Origin: Blepharisma stoltei ATCC 30299
Lineage: Eukaryota; Protista; Ciliophora
Assembly: GCA_965603825.1 (NCBI GenBank)
Contig: CBFDEM010000040.1
Coordinates: forward strand, 434,001-498,000
Direction: 5' to 3'
Length of the DNA stretch: 64,000 nt
Shown: one piece after another, positions 24,862 through 37,741 of the stretch
How the letters are laid out: every line of letters begins with the position of its first letter
Numbering within the stretch: the first letter of the stretch is position 1
Position numbers and translations under genes: made by a program
The notes under the pieces: generated by a model
Told to the model about the DNA's origin: nothing
The model's input: only the letters and a program-made list of their open reading frames with translations
The model's database searches: none

Positions 24862-25938
24862 ATGGAAGACCCAAAAATCCCCTTAGATGAGCAGAAGAAA
24901 AACCTTGCAATCCTGAAAAAGGCTTTATTAATAGAAAGAGATGAGCGAGCTAATGCTAAACATAGAGTAGATTTTTTGAATACTGATGTAACTAAAATCG
25001 AGCTTTTATTAACGCAGAAAGTAATCTTTATATAGATTGCAGAAGTACAGAGGATTAGCTTTGTAAATGATGATTTGAGGCATGAGATCCAAACTCTTCA
25101 ATCTGAAGCTGTAAACGAAGGAGAAGCTTCTCCTTCTCTAAATGAGTCATTTTCTAGAGGATTTATGACATTAGAACAACAAAATAAACAGCTCGAGAAA
25201 AATATTGAAAGTATTAAACAGGAAATTGCAGTTATGCACATAAATATTGACACAAGAAATAAGTAATTTTTATTAAGCGACAAAAAGAGATTATCAGAAA
25301 GTATCAAAAGCTTTACTGAAGAAAATCTGCAAAAAATCTCTGCGGAAATTCAGCAGGATTTGCAGTTATCGAAAGAAAGGAACATCTTCTTGCAATCTGC
25401 ATACAAAACTTTAAGCAGAGAAAATGCATCATTGATAGATCGAATTTCTGCAATAGAAGAAGAAGTCTATGAGATGGAAGAAAAAGTTTCAAGAATTAAT
25501 GAAGAAAAAAACAAATTAAAGAAGGTCACTGAGTCCAGTTTAGAATATGAAAAAGTTTTAGTTGAAAGCTTAGCTCGGCACATCACAATAGAAAATGAAA
25601 TGGCTGCAAGGCTACTTGCGCTTAAAATAAAAATTAGTGAAGCTCAGTCATTTTATCAAGCTTTTGATGTTTTAAATACTACTTCGCTTATTAGTTCTGA
25701 GGCAAAATTAATATTAAAAAAAGAAAATAATGGGATCATGACATTAGAAATAATCCAAGGAAAAAACAAAAAGACATATGATGTTGACCAGATTAGCTCG
25801 ATTTACCATCATCCAGATAAAATTAACAGATTTTGTCTCAGAATTGGTGAAGAAGGGGAAAAAGAGTTTGAAAGCGAGGACACTGATAGAATTATATCTA
25901 CCATAAGAGAAGTCCTGATAAGAGTCTTACAAAATTAA
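24862..25938 (+). CDS. Coiled-coil protein with possible C-terminal PH-like domain, two introns
   Basis: ATG 24862. Introns 25021-25035 and 25263-25277 join all segments in frame. Confidence 0.78.
25021..25035 (+). other. 15-nt intron
   Basis: GTAATCTTTATATAG, A10, removes TAG. Confidence 0.85.
25263..25277 (+). other. 15-nt intron
   Basis: GTAATTTTTATTAAG, A10, removes TAA. Confidence 0.82.
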
Positions 25939-25984
25939 GCATTTTTATTATGAAACTAAGTAATTTTCTAATTAGATCTGATAA

Positions 25985-28900
25985 ATGTCTGATACTGAAT
26001 TCGGAAACACAGAGTCTAAGCTTCAAGATAGTGAATATAAAATCTCACACAGAGGAAATAGAAATAAGCGCACTGATGAAATTGAAGAAATGGAAAGAGA
26101 AATCATAGGCTCAAGACAATTTCGAGGAAGAGGAAATAGAGGAAGATGGCGAAATCAAAACAATAGACAACATGGAAGAAGAGACCAAGACTTCTCTTAT
26201 AGAGAAAATGAGAGCCAGAATCCTAAAAAATGAGTCGTAAAATCAAATCCAAATCAAAATGATCATGGCAATCAAGTAAAGCCAGCACAAAAAATAAACA
26301 CAGACATACCAATTGATATTCCAAAACCACAAGAACAATCTATGCACCCGCCTCCTGCTCCAGCACAAGAAGAAATCAAAGAGGATTTTAATCTAACTCT
26401 TCCCAATATAAGATCCCGAAAAACGAAAAACGTCGGCTTTGCAATAGAAGACGATATAAACGTTGAGGAATTCACTAAACGAGTCCCAGTCCTAATGATC
26501 ACCTATCCTTTTGAACTTGACATCTTTCAAAAGCGAGCAATCATGAGACTTGAAGAGCATGAAAACGTATTTGTTGCAGCCCATACATCTGCAGGAAAAA
26601 CAGTCGTAGCTGAATACGCCATAGCTCTGGCGAGGCAGCAAAGAGCCCGAGTTATTTATACAAGTCCTATTAAGGCCCTTTCTAATCAAAAGTACAGAGA
26701 ATTTAAAGACTCATTTGAAGAAGTCGGAATTTTAACTGGCGACGTTAGCGTTGATCCTGATTCTTTTTGCGTCATCATGACAACTGAAATCCTAAGAAGC
26801 ATGCTTTATAAGGGATCAAGCAAACTAAGGGACCTTGAATGGGTAATTTTAGACGAAGTTCACTACATTAATGATGCAGAGCGAGGAGTTGTATGAGAAG
26901 AAGTGCTAATTCTTTTGCCTCCTCATGTAAGAATTGTTATGCTTTCTGCTACAGCTCCAAACTATATGGAATTTTCTGATTGGGTAGGACGTGTAAGGCA
27001 GCAAAAAGTTTACGTCCAAGTGACTTTTCAAAGACCTGTACCATTAGAACACTGGATTTATGCCCAAGGAGAGCTTTATCAGTTTGTGGATATGCAAGGG
27101 GTCATAAATGATGGAGTTTATGGAACTGTTATGTCTAAATTAAACACCAAAGATAAGCAAAAAGGCAAAAACAAAAATAAAAATAAAAATAAAGGAAGAG
27201 GGTACTATAAATCAGAAGACCAGCAATATAAAGAGCTAGTTCTTAGACTGCAGAACGAAGAACTGCTTCCATGTGTGATTTTTGCGTTTTCGAGAGACAA
27301 AGTAGACCATAGAGGAGAAAAGCTGTCTAGTGTAGATCTGATTGATGACGATGAAAGGAAGATCGTCATGACATTTGCTAATCATGCACTTGATAGACTT
27401 AACCCTATTGACAGGCATCTCCCACAGATTGAATTCGTGCTGAAATTGCTTGAAAGAGGAATAGGAGTTCATCATAGTGGAATCTTGCCTATTCTCAAAG
27501 AAATTGTTGAAATTTTATTCAGTAGAGGACTCATCAAAGTGTTGGTGGCAACTGAAACATTTTCAATGGGGCTAAATATGCCAACTAAAACTGTCGTATT
27601 TTGTGAACTCAGAAAATTTGATGGGAATTCCAATAGATATCTGCTATCTGGGGAATATACTCAAATGTCAGGAAGAGCTGGAAGAAGAGGAAAAGACTCT
27701 AAAGGCTATATCATTAATTTCTTTAGGGACAAAAGAAAAGTACCACCATTGGCTGAGCTGAAGACCATTGTAAAATCTGAAGCAAGAACTTTAGAAAGTC
27801 AATTCAGGATTAGATATAATCAAGTCTGCAATGTTCTTAATACTGAAGGAATGTCAATGAATGAACTTATTTCCAAAAGCTTTTTGGAAAACTCAATGTT
27901 TAATAACTCGCAAGCTCAAGTTCGAAATCAGATCATGAGAGAAAAGGTCATGAAATCTTTAGAGAAAACACTAGAAGGAGACGATGCTGAACAATTTATT
28001 GAATTTATTGGAATGATGAGGAAAGTCAACGAATTATCAACAACTTTCCAAATGATGAATAAAGCTCCAGCTGAGGGAAATTTTATAGAAATAAAACTAC
28101 CCAGAACTGCAAATTTGCCAGGAATTTTGATCAATAAAGGATCAAAAATAAAATGCCTGATTTTTGATATTGATAAAAGGGTAGAAAGCTTTAAAAATAG
28201 CTTCTCAGGTGGAAACTATTCTATTGAAGATATCAATGTTTTTGATGTTATTACAGTTTATAGCACACAATTGCCGAAAACCATGATAAGTGTTTTGAAA
28301 AGAATGGAATATGACGATGAATACTTGGAAATTGCTTTGAGAGAGCTATTGAAAGGGAGAAATTCTATTTTACCCAGCAAAAAAATTTTTAATCATCAAT
28401 CAGCAGAATTTTCCACACGTGATGATTTGGTAAAGAAAATTATAAACCATCCTTGCTTTACCAAAAAGAATAGGCATGATCTTTGGCTGAATGCTTTAAA
28501 TCTAATCAAATACAAAAGTGATCTTAATCAGCCTAAATCTGAAACAGGCTCAGATCCTCAAGATATTAATCGACGCATTGATTTGTTAAAAAATTACCAC
28601 TATCTCTCTGACCTTCTTACACTTGAGCTAAAAGGAAGAGTTTTAGCTCTTATAGACAATCCTTACAACCTCGTCATTTCTGAGTGTATCTTTGAAGGCC
28701 TGTTTACAAAATTATCAACAGAAGAGCTGGCAGCCACCGTTAGTGTTTTTGTAACTGAAGATCGTTCGAAAATGGAAGACAAAGATTGATCACAAGTTTC
28801 TGCAGGCTTAGATTTCCCATTAAAACGAATCCAAGCTGTGGTTTCTGAAATCTGTGAAAATGAAGAGAAGCTAGGCATTAAGTCTGAGATGAATGAAGAC

Positions 28901-29155
28901 GGCATCAAGCTCTCTATGGTAGAAGTCGTTTATTTGTGGGCACAAGGAAAGCCATTTATTGAAATCTGCGGAATCACCTCAATCAAAGAAGGAAACATTG
29001 TAAGAGGGATTTTACGTGTTCACGATCTATTAACGACATTTATTGAAGTTGCTGAAGTGATAGGTGACCAAGACTTAAAAGAGAAATCAAGGCTAGCTTG
29101 TGTAAGCGTACAAAGAGACATTGCTTTTGCTGCGAGTCTTTATATTTCTGATTAA
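25985..29155 (+). CDS. SKI2: Ski2-like DEVH RNA helicase (cytoplasmic exosome cofactor)
   Basis: [21 protein letters not shown][W][22 protein letters not shown]. Three TGA-Trp codons. Confidence 0.92.
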
Positions 29156-29201
29156 ATTAAGCTATGCTGATTTATTATATTGTAAATATTAAAAAAAATA
29201 G

Positions 29202-30839
29202 ATGGGAGATCATCGTTTTTCTGCAGCAAATTTTCGTCAATTCGACAATGAAGATAGGCCAAACGTCATGAAGGATTATTTGAATTTTTTAATTAAATCT
29301 AAAAGCAGGTCAAGGATCGTCAGCCCTACTACAACACCAAAACGAAGCCTTATAGCAAGCAATTCTCCTAAATCCAGGATCTCTAAAGAGCCAAATATTT
29401 TTAATAGAGAATACACAAATAGATTTACAAGATTTATTAGAAATGCTTTGAATAATGTTTCATCAAGAAAGGATCAATCGTGTGAAAATAAATTTAAATC
29501 AAAATCACCTGATTTAAAAAATAAGCCAGGACATAAAAGAAATAAATCAGATATTCCAAAAGCAGATTCTAATAATATATTTGCAAGCCCTTACTCAAAT
29601 AAGTTAAACGACAAATCGACACCTAAAAATATTTCACAAGACTATAGGATTAGTAGGTTTTTGAATGATTCTCAAGAAAAAACAATAAAAAATGGGTACT
29701 CGAAAAATGACCCACGCAGTCCGAATGCAAGCCTAGGCTCAAGTTTTGAAAAGATAGAAATCTCAAAGCTAGAGGCTGAAGAAAAAGAGCGGGAATATTT
29801 AATTCAGACTATTTTTGCAAATTTCCGCAAAAAAGGGCTTCCTCCAGTAACTTCTGTTGATTTTTATCAGCTTGGCACTCAAATAGGAAAAGGGGCATTT
29901 GGCAAAGTGTATTTAGGAACTCATAAACTTACTGGATATAAAGTAGCCATTAAGATGTTTAGTACCTCTTATATCAAAGATGAAAGAATAAGAAGAAAAG
30001 TATTTCAAGAGGTTTTTGTGATGAAAAAAATTAAGCATAGAAATGTGATTAGGCTATTAGAAGTTTTCGAATCAAAGCGGCATTTGATGATAGTCATGGA
30101 ATACTCCGGTGGAGGAGATCTATTGCAATTTGTCAAATCAAAAGGAAGATTAAGCGAATCAGAAGCTAAAAAAATTTTTAGTCAGGTAATTGATGCTGTA
30201 AAAGCTTGCCACTTAAAAAATGTTATTCATAGAGATGTAAAGCTAGACAATATATTGTTATCAGCTGACCTAACATTGGTAAAACTATGCGATTTTGGTG
30301 TCAGCAGAATTGCAAGAGATGGAGAAATGATAAGTGAGCAGTGTGGGACGCCAGCATATTTGCCCCCAGAAATTATTGCTGACACTGAATATGATCCATT
30401 TTATGTTGACCTCTGAAGTATGGGAGTATTGCTGTATGCCATGCTTTGTGGAACGGTACCTTTTAAAGCCAAAACTATGCCTGATTTACAAAAATTAATT
30501 CTAAGGTGCAAATATAGTATACCTGTGCATTTATCAAAGGAAGCTCAGGATTTGATAGGCAAAATGCTAAATCCTATACCTCACCTAAGAATTTCTCTGG
30601 AAGAAATGAAAGCTCATGCCTGGTTTGGAACTCAAGATCCTGAAGACTGATATGAAGATACGTCATTACCTAAATTTACTGGATCTTCTCTGCAGCCTCA
30701 ACGGATTGATGAGAATAGGATATATACAAAATTATTGGATTTCGGATTTCCGCAAGAATATGTAATTCAAAGCTTGAAATTTAATGACATCAACCATGCT
30801 ACAGCTTCATATCAAATCCTTGAGCTTAATCAAATGTAA
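29202..30839 (+). CDS. CAMK-group Ser/Thr kinase (AMPK/MARK-like) with C-terminal UBA-like domain
   Basis: GKGAFG, HRDVKLDN, DFG, CGTPAY, VDL[W]SMG, tail NHATASYQIL, TAA at 30837-30839. Confidence 0.9.
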
Positions 30840-30937
30840 TATAAACAATTTTTGGACTTTCATCAAATACAGTTTCTTATGAGCTATTATTTTTTATGAA
30901 TAATATTTAAAGGTAATTTCTTTAATTTTATAAAATT

Positions 30938-32356
30938 TTAAATCAATCTTAATATCCTTAATACTTCGTTGAAAATTCCATGCTCAGCATTGACGCCTAA
31001 TTTTAAAATTGCTTGTGCAACTTCTGAAACTTGCATATTTTGTACCAATTCTTTGAATTCTAGCAGCTGCTCCACATTCTTCATTTCCCAAGGCAGGAAA
31101 TACATATTCCTTCCTGCTCCAGAAGCAGCCACCCATTGGATCAAAAATTTTAATTGTTCATTTCCATAAAACGCTCCACATCCCCATCTCCCAGTTACAA
31201 TATCTCTTCATTTCATATCACCAGGATCTCCCATAAACCCAATAAATGCTTTATTTAACTCCCTCTCTACAAATTTCGGAAAATACTGCTGATAAACATT
31301 TCCTGCAAAATTGCAAGCGTCAATGCAAACAATGTAAGAATCAATTCTCTCATTATTGTCATAAGAGAGATCTTCATTGAAATTTCTTATTCATTCAAAT
31401 GACTGTTTATAACCTAAAGTTTCATTGTATCTTTGAGCTCCTACTATAATCAAAGCTTCTTTGTCTTCTAATTTTTCAGTAAAAAGCATTGCCACGATGG
31501 GCTCTATATGTTTGGCAAACATAATTTCTTCTTGAACACAGCCAGTAGATAATATTCCGCCACCAATATAAGCATTAGCAAAGTCTATCATAAGCTTGTC
31601 TCGATAATCTTCCATTGAGTTTTGTTCTTCAATAATGATTAGATTGCTCATTTGAGATCGGCTTTCATTTCAATCAGGCGTAAATTCTAGACATCGTCTT
31701 AAAAATGACAATTTTACCCTTTCAGATGCAGTTTTAGATCTGCGGAAGTAATTGAATAAGCATTTTAGTTTAGCGATTTGACTGTCATTTCGATCTTGAG
31801 TGGCTCCAAAAACTTTGAAAAATGTGTATTCTTTAGGAAGGTCTAAATAATTTTCTTGTTTTGGCAAACAGCACCAGAATTGAAGAGCAAGAAGGCATCT
31901 AATTTGTTTTTGTGATAAATCGATTGTCACTGTTTGATATTTTCTGAGTATCCTCACAGGTTGATTAAATAGAAATTCGACTTCTAACGCGTACTCAGCA
32001 ATTTTCGCTAATAAATCTAGCATTTCCGCTTCATTTTCACTAAATATTCGTACAAGTAGCTCAATGTTAATAGTATTTCGATAGGCTAGCCTTGTTTCTA
32101 CAATAAAATCGCATATGTATTCGAGCATGTCTTCTACTGTGTTTTTTTGCTTAGTGGCAATTAATAAAAGTCTCGGTTTTACCATTCTCCATAAACCCGC
32201 AGTATGATGCGGTAATCTTAAATTTGCATCATTTTGATGATAATTTTGTCTAGGATTTGTATACCGATTTGGGGGGTCGCTATTTTGTTGTCTGTTTTGG
32301 TTAGGGTTCGCTGCTCTGCCTTTCAGTCCAAAAAATTCATCAATGTTTCTTTGCAT
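30938..32356 (-). CDS. PARG: Poly(ADP-ribose) glycohydrolase
   Basis: DFANAYIGGG-x6-QEEI signature, RELNKAFIGF, TGRWGCGAF. Three TGA-Trp codons. Alternative start at 32395. Confidence 0.92.
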
Positions 32357-32494
32357 TTCTGATAAATTTACTATTTTAAGTATAAAATATTTCATTTTGA
32401 GAATTTATTTAAAAATTAAGTATTAAAATTTGGCTTAGTAGAGTCGCTTCTTTTACAAATTATTATTAAATATTATTTACTCTCTCATACATTC

Positions 32495-33292
32495 TTATCT
32501 AGCTAATGTAAGTTTACTAGGACTTCCTTCGACAGCTTTTGTCGGAATTTTTAATACAATATTAGAAGTTCCAGTCGAAACTGACCTTTCTCTTTTTAAT
32601 TCAGGATCAATTTCTTTTCTCCCTACATAATTGCTAGTCGATCTCGTTGCCCTTCCCCCAACTTCTGCCATATAAACAGAGAATTCACTTTGTAAAGAGC
32701 TTGATCTTGACCTAGCTTCTTTAATCTCAGTCTCTGCTTTCCTAATATTTTCCGAAATAACAGGATTCATAAAATGCTTTTCCTCATGCGAAATCTTGAA
32801 AAACCGACTCAATGCATACAATGCAAAAGCGAATTGGTATGTTATGAATACGTCAAAAATAATTGGGATGTCATCAGCTTTGTAAAGCAAAATCGGAGAA
32901 ATGACGATAGCAAGAAGATGAGCGATGTTTGATAAGCTCATTGTTATCACAGAAAATAAGCCAACATAATCGCTGCATCTCCCAGGAGATCCTTTTAATA
33001 CAGTGCAAGCCCAGCAAAAGCTCAATGCAGACATTGATATTAACGCAGATACTCCTTCTGCACACATATAAAACAAAGTAAACATGCATACGTCAGGGTT
33101 GATTTCATAAATATCTGGGTACTCTGCTAAACATACACATCCTAAAATAAAAGAAATTAAAATCCCACTGCATCACATAATACTTGCGTAACTTACAGAA
33201 ACTGAATCGTCTATTTCACTTGTTTCTTCAACCTCGAGCACTACCTCTGGGACGCCTTCTTCGTTAAAGTTTGCAAATCGATTCCTGTTCAT
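32495..33292 (-). CDS. Hypothetical 4-TM membrane protein
   Basis: ORF extends upstream across one TGA to ATG 33292. Four hydrophobic segments. Confidence 0.7.
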
Positions 33293-33763
33293 TTATACCA
33301 TAAAAATGAGCAAGGAAGGTGCAAATAGCTCTAACAACAAGATCTTTGTAACACTGTTCTTCAAGTAGAAGCATTAAAATGGGCACAGATAATACTGGAC
33401 AAATTAAAATTTGGCTATTTAGAGAATTGGAGTTTTGAATATGCTCAAAACATCTGCATATGAGTATTAATTACTTTTAAAAGAAATACGGAACTTAGGA
33501 AATATTTATTCTGCTTGATTTGTTAAAACAAGAGACACTAAAAAGGATCTGATAAATTTACATCTGTTAATAAGACAATGCATGAGCTATCGTTAATCAT
33601 AAAGTAGAAAGTAAACGCTTTAGTGCCACTAGACCAGTTATATATAAGTCTGCAGGTTTATGACTTTCAGATTCATCTAATGCTGAAGCTAAAGTTTAAA
33701 TAGCACAATACTTAAATTGATTTCATAATTCGATCAGCTATTCTAAGGTTAATATTTTAAAAA

Positions 33764-36700
33764 ATGGATGTCATTGCAGAAAGAAAATTTCAGAGTAATT
33801 TCTATTTAGCTCTCAAAAAGAAACTCGACCAATTCCATTATTGCGAGCCTCTTGGTCTTGAGTCCGCTGCTTTGGTTGAACGACTTCTCGAAGACGTGAT
33901 AAAGCAGACTATAGGCTTTCAACAGCTTAAAAAAATCAACAATGAGCTTTCCATAAAGTTAAAAAGCTCCAACGAATCTCTAGCTCCTCTGCAAAGCGAA
34001 ATTTCAAGACTCCAGAAGCAAAACAATGAATTGCACTTAAACATGATGACAATTAAAGAAGACTCTGACTTAAAAAGCAACCAATGGCGGGCTTCAGCCA
34101 AGAAGATTGAAGCTGAAAAAACTGACTTGCTGTTCCTCGTTGACAAGCTAAAAGACGACCTTCGACATATGGAGCAGCAAAATGTAAAATTAAAGACCAG
34201 GCTAGACACAGTCATGTCGAAAACTTATGCAGGAAAAGGAATTACTAGCCAAAACAATCCAGAATCAAACATTATGGGGAGAGTCCAAGGATTTGAAGTG
34301 TCTAAGCCACTAAATGGCAGTGCAAAAGTCGAAGATTTCAGGAGACCTGACCAAACCTGGGCCAACGAATTGCGCGCAGCTGATGAAAGAGCTCATAGAT
34401 TCCAAGAAGAATTGGAAAATTTAAGCCGAAATAAATCACTATTAGAAGACGAAAACTCAAGACTGAAGCAGCAAATTGAAATAAGGAACCAAGAAATCGC
34501 AAGACTAAGCTCAGTTACTGATGTTAAAGTCGACCAATTGGCAGCAAAGCACCAACAAATGGTGGTTTCTGGGCAAATGCAAAATTTGAACGAAAGAATT
34601 GACTATTTGAACCAAGAAAACATCAGACTTGAAGAGGAGCTTGACAGCGCGAAGCAATCATTAGCGAAGTTCTTCACAATGGAAAAAGAAAATAAGCATA
34701 TAGCAGAGTCATTAAGCCAGATGAGAAACCAAAATCAAGCTTTAAGACAAAGATTAGCAGAGCTGGAAAAGCTGGGAGCTGATTTAGAGTCTCCTAATTT
34801 GAACCAACAGAGTGAAATGGCACTAGAAATTCAAAATTTATCGAATAAAGTAAAGACGATGGAGCTTGAAAATCAAAGGCTTAAGGAGGAGAACAGCAGA
34901 AGCGACTCATTAAGAGCGGCTTATAACTCTGATAAAAAAGCTTATACAGAAGCCATCGAAAAAATCGATATTGAAAGAAATAGACTGAAAGAACAATTGA
35001 AAGAATTAGAAGGCTCTTATAACGAATGCTTAAGAGATCTAAAAAATTATAAAGATCAGCTTATGATGTACCAAGTTCAAAATCAGAATTTAAGGAGAGA
35101 GATCGAGACTAATCAGCAATCGTTTTCCAAAATAAATAAAGACCATATTTCAACTACTGAAGAATCCTACGCACTTCGCCAAAAATTGTCAGCTCTAGAA
35201 GGCCAAAAAAATATTTTGCAATCAGAGCTTGACTCTTTGAATTATGAGCTGGAAAGAGCCAATAAGATGAGAAGAGCTGCAGAAGAACAATTAGAGGAAT
35301 TGCGCAGAGAAACACTCAAAAGCAAAACCGAAGTTGACTCTCATTCAGCTCAAAAACAGAAATTGCAAGTTTTATATGAAGGAACCCAAAAAGAATTAAA
35401 TAATCTAAAAGACGAAAACCAGCATTTAATAAAATTGAGAGAAAAGGATAGACAAGCGATATTAGAGGTTGAAGACAGAAATAGAGACTTAAACAATCAG
35501 CTTGCGGCTTCAATGAATAATGTAAGAGCTGAGCAAAGAGAACGCCAAAATATTTCAGATGAACTAGCTGAGAAGCTCGAAGAAATTCGAAGATTAACAA
35601 GTTTCAAAACTTCAATTGAGCAGGAGTTGGCAGAGCTAAGACCCTTAAAAGCAAAATATTTGCAAGTTGTAGATGAAAACCAAGGCTTAAAGCAGCAAAC
35701 TTTATCTCGTGACTCACTATCTTCGAGACTCCAAAAGCAAATAGAGCAGCTTGAATTAGAAATCAGATCAAAAGATAGAGATCTCAATGATTCTCACATT
35801 TTCGTAGAAAATCTTCAGAGTCAAAAACAGTTCTTACAAGATGCTTTAGAAAAAGCTGAACTTGAACTCCAAATGCTGAGCGCCAACATTAAGCAAGCTG
35901 AGTATGCTCAATCTGAAGCAGGTGCACTAAAGCAGCAAATTAATGACAGCCGAGAGCGCGAAAGAGAGTGCTTAAGACAAATTGAACAACTGAAATCTGA
36001 GCTCAAGAAATCAAGCGAAGCCATAAAAGGAATTCAAAAAATCAGCCAAAGAGCAGTAGACCAAAAAGAATTAGCAGAAAAAGAAGTCGAAAGCTTAAAA
36101 GTAAGGATCAACTCTATTCAAAGCAATGACTCCTTCTCACAAAATGAAAAATTAAAACTAGAAGAAAGAGCTATACAGAGCGAATTAGAAGCTGAAGAAC
36201 TTAGAAGACAGCTTAGCTATGAACAAGCCAACAAATTTAGAACTGAAGACAACTTAAAGCATACCCAAAATACTTTAGAAGCAGAAAAAAATCACAATCT
36301 TAAACTAGCTGAACAAAATGCACAGCTTAAAAGCCTGATTGCAAATTTAGAAAGAGCACGAGATGATTTAGTTAAAAAGATACAGAATGTCAATCAAGCA
36401 AGAACTTCTGATGAAGACCAAAGAGTACAATTAATAGCTGAGGTTGCTGATCTGAAAAAAGAGTTAGGGAAAAAAACAGACGATATTGAAGGGCTTCAGG
36501 AAGCCTTGAAAAATATTGACCAAGAGAGAGATTACATTCAGTCTCTTTTAGACCAAAAGACAGAAGAAATCGCAGTTGTTGAGCACTCAATTGCAAATTA
36601 TCAAAAAGAAATAACCCAGCTTAAAGACACATTAAGCCAGTATCAGCTTAAGGATACAAATACAGCAAAAAGAATTGATGAAAGAGAAAACCAATTGAGA

Positions 36701-37717
36701 AAATTAACTGAAAAATGTCAATATCTCGAAGCAGAGCTTGAAGAAGCCAAAGCAGGGTATTCACAAAGCGTGAGACAGGTCCAAGAACTGCAGGAGCACG
36801 TAATGGCCATTACTAAAGAAAACCAATACGTAAATGAGCAGTTAATGAAGCTAAGCCAAGAAAAAGAAAATGTTAGGCAATCTTATGAAGAAAGAGCTAA
36901 GAGCGAAAGACTGGCGATGCAGATGATGAGGACTGGAGAAAGGGAAAAAGAAGACGTCCTGTTAGCGTATAAAAAAGCTTGTGAAGAAAATGAAAGGCTA
37001 AAACAAGGATTTAGCGTCGCAACCATTGAACAAAGAGACACCTATGCGAAGCTACAAGCTTGTGAGCAAGAGCTAGTAAATGCTCACCAGCACATTTCCC
37101 AACAAGAGCATGCACTATTCCAGTATCAGCAAGAAATCAACACTTTGGAAAGGCAAATTTCACACTTAACTTACCAGCTAGAGCAAGCTGAAAAAAGATG
37201 CCAAGAAGCTATTGAAGGAAAAGAAATAATCGCAAGAGAAATAAATAACGCAAGACATATGGCAGCCAGCATAGAAAACTCAAAAGACGACATGCAGAGG
37301 CAACTTGTCGCTTTGGAAAACGAAAAGCTGATTGCTGAAAGCAAGCTAAGATCAGTCCAAAGCGAACTCAGCGCAGTCAAAAGCAACGCAGAGTTCCAAA
37401 TACAAAAATATAAAGAACTAGAAGAAGTCCTGAAAAACGAAAGAAACATGCATTTCCAAGTCATCAGGGAAATGGAGATGAGGCAAGAAATCACACCGAA
37501 AGGCCATTTTGAAGATGAAGAGCTACACAGTCAACTTAAAGACACGCTAAAAGAAAAAGGCAGCCTAGAAATAGAAAACCAAAAGCTCCGAGAAGACATG
37601 AGCAATACTAAACATCTCCTCTATAAAGCAGAAAACAAACTAAAAGACCTAGAAAAAGGTGTGACCACAAGAACTCCAGGTGGCTATAGATACAATGAGG
37701 ATTGGGGTGATGCTTAA
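33764..37717 (+). CDS. CEP135: Basal body/centriole protein CEP135 (Bld10)
   Basis: N-terminal LKKKLDQFHYCEPLGLESAALVERLLED resembles the CEP135 N-terminus, followed by about 1300 aa of coiled coil. Confidence 0.85.
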   Translation: MDVIAERKFQSNFYLALKKKLDQFHYCEPLGLESAALVERLLEDVIKQTIGFQQLKKINNELSIKLKSSNESLAPLQSEISRLQKQNNELHLNMMTIKEDSDLKSNQWRASAKKIEAEKTDLLFLVDKLKDDLRHMEQQNVKLKTRLDTVMSKTYAGKGITSQNNPESNIMGRVQGFEVSKPLNGSAKVEDFRRPDQTWANELRAADERAHRFQEELENLSRNKSLLEDENSRLKQQIEIRNQEIARLSSVTDVKVDQLAAKHQQMVVSGQMQNLNERIDYLNQENIRLEEELDSAKQSLAKFFTMEKENKHIAESLSQMRNQNQALRQRLAELEKLGADLESPNLNQQSEMALEIQNLSNKVKTMELENQRLKEENSRSDSLRAAYNSDKKAYTEAIEKIDIERNRLKEQLKELEGSYNECLRDLKNYKDQLMMYQVQNQNLRREIETNQQSFSKINKDHISTTEESYALRQKLSALEGQKNILQSELDSLNYELERANKMRRAAEEQLEELRRETLKSKTEVDSHSAQKQKLQVLYEGTQKELNNLKDENQHLIKLREKDRQAILEVEDRNRDLNNQLAASMNNVRAEQRERQNISDELAEKLEEIRRLTSFKTSIEQELAELRPLKAKYLQVVDENQGLKQQTLSRDSLSSRLQKQIEQLELEIRSKDRDLNDSHIFVENLQSQKQFLQDALEKAELELQMLSANIKQAEYAQSEAGALKQQINDSRERERECLRQIEQLKSELKKSSEAIKGIQKISQRAVDQKELAEKEVESLKVRINSIQSNDSFSQNEKLKLEERAIQSELEAEELRRQLSYEQANKFRTEDNLKHTQNTLEAEKNHNLKLAEQNAQLKSLIANLERARDDLVKKIQNVNQARTSDEDQRVQLIAEVADLKKELGKKTDDIEGLQEALKNIDQERDYIQSLLDQKTEEIAVVEHSIANYQKEITQLKDTLSQYQLKDTNTAKRIDERENQLRKLTEKCQYLEAELEEAKAGYSQSVRQVQELQEHVMAITKENQYVNEQLMKLSQEKENVRQSYEERAKSERLAMQMMRTGEREKEDVLLAYKKACEENERLKQGFSVATIEQRDTYAKLQACEQELVNAHQHISQQEHALFQYQQEINTLERQISHLTYQLEQAEKRCQEAIEGKEIIAREINNARHMAASIENSKDDMQRQLVALENEKLIAESKLRSVQSELSAVKSNAEFQIQKYKELEEVLKNERNMHFQVIREMEMRQEITPKGHFEDEELHSQLKDTLKEKGSLEIENQKLREDMSNTKHLLYKAENKLKDLEKGVTTRTPGGYRYNEDWGDA

Positions 37718-37741
37718 ATAAACTTTAATAATTTATAAAAA

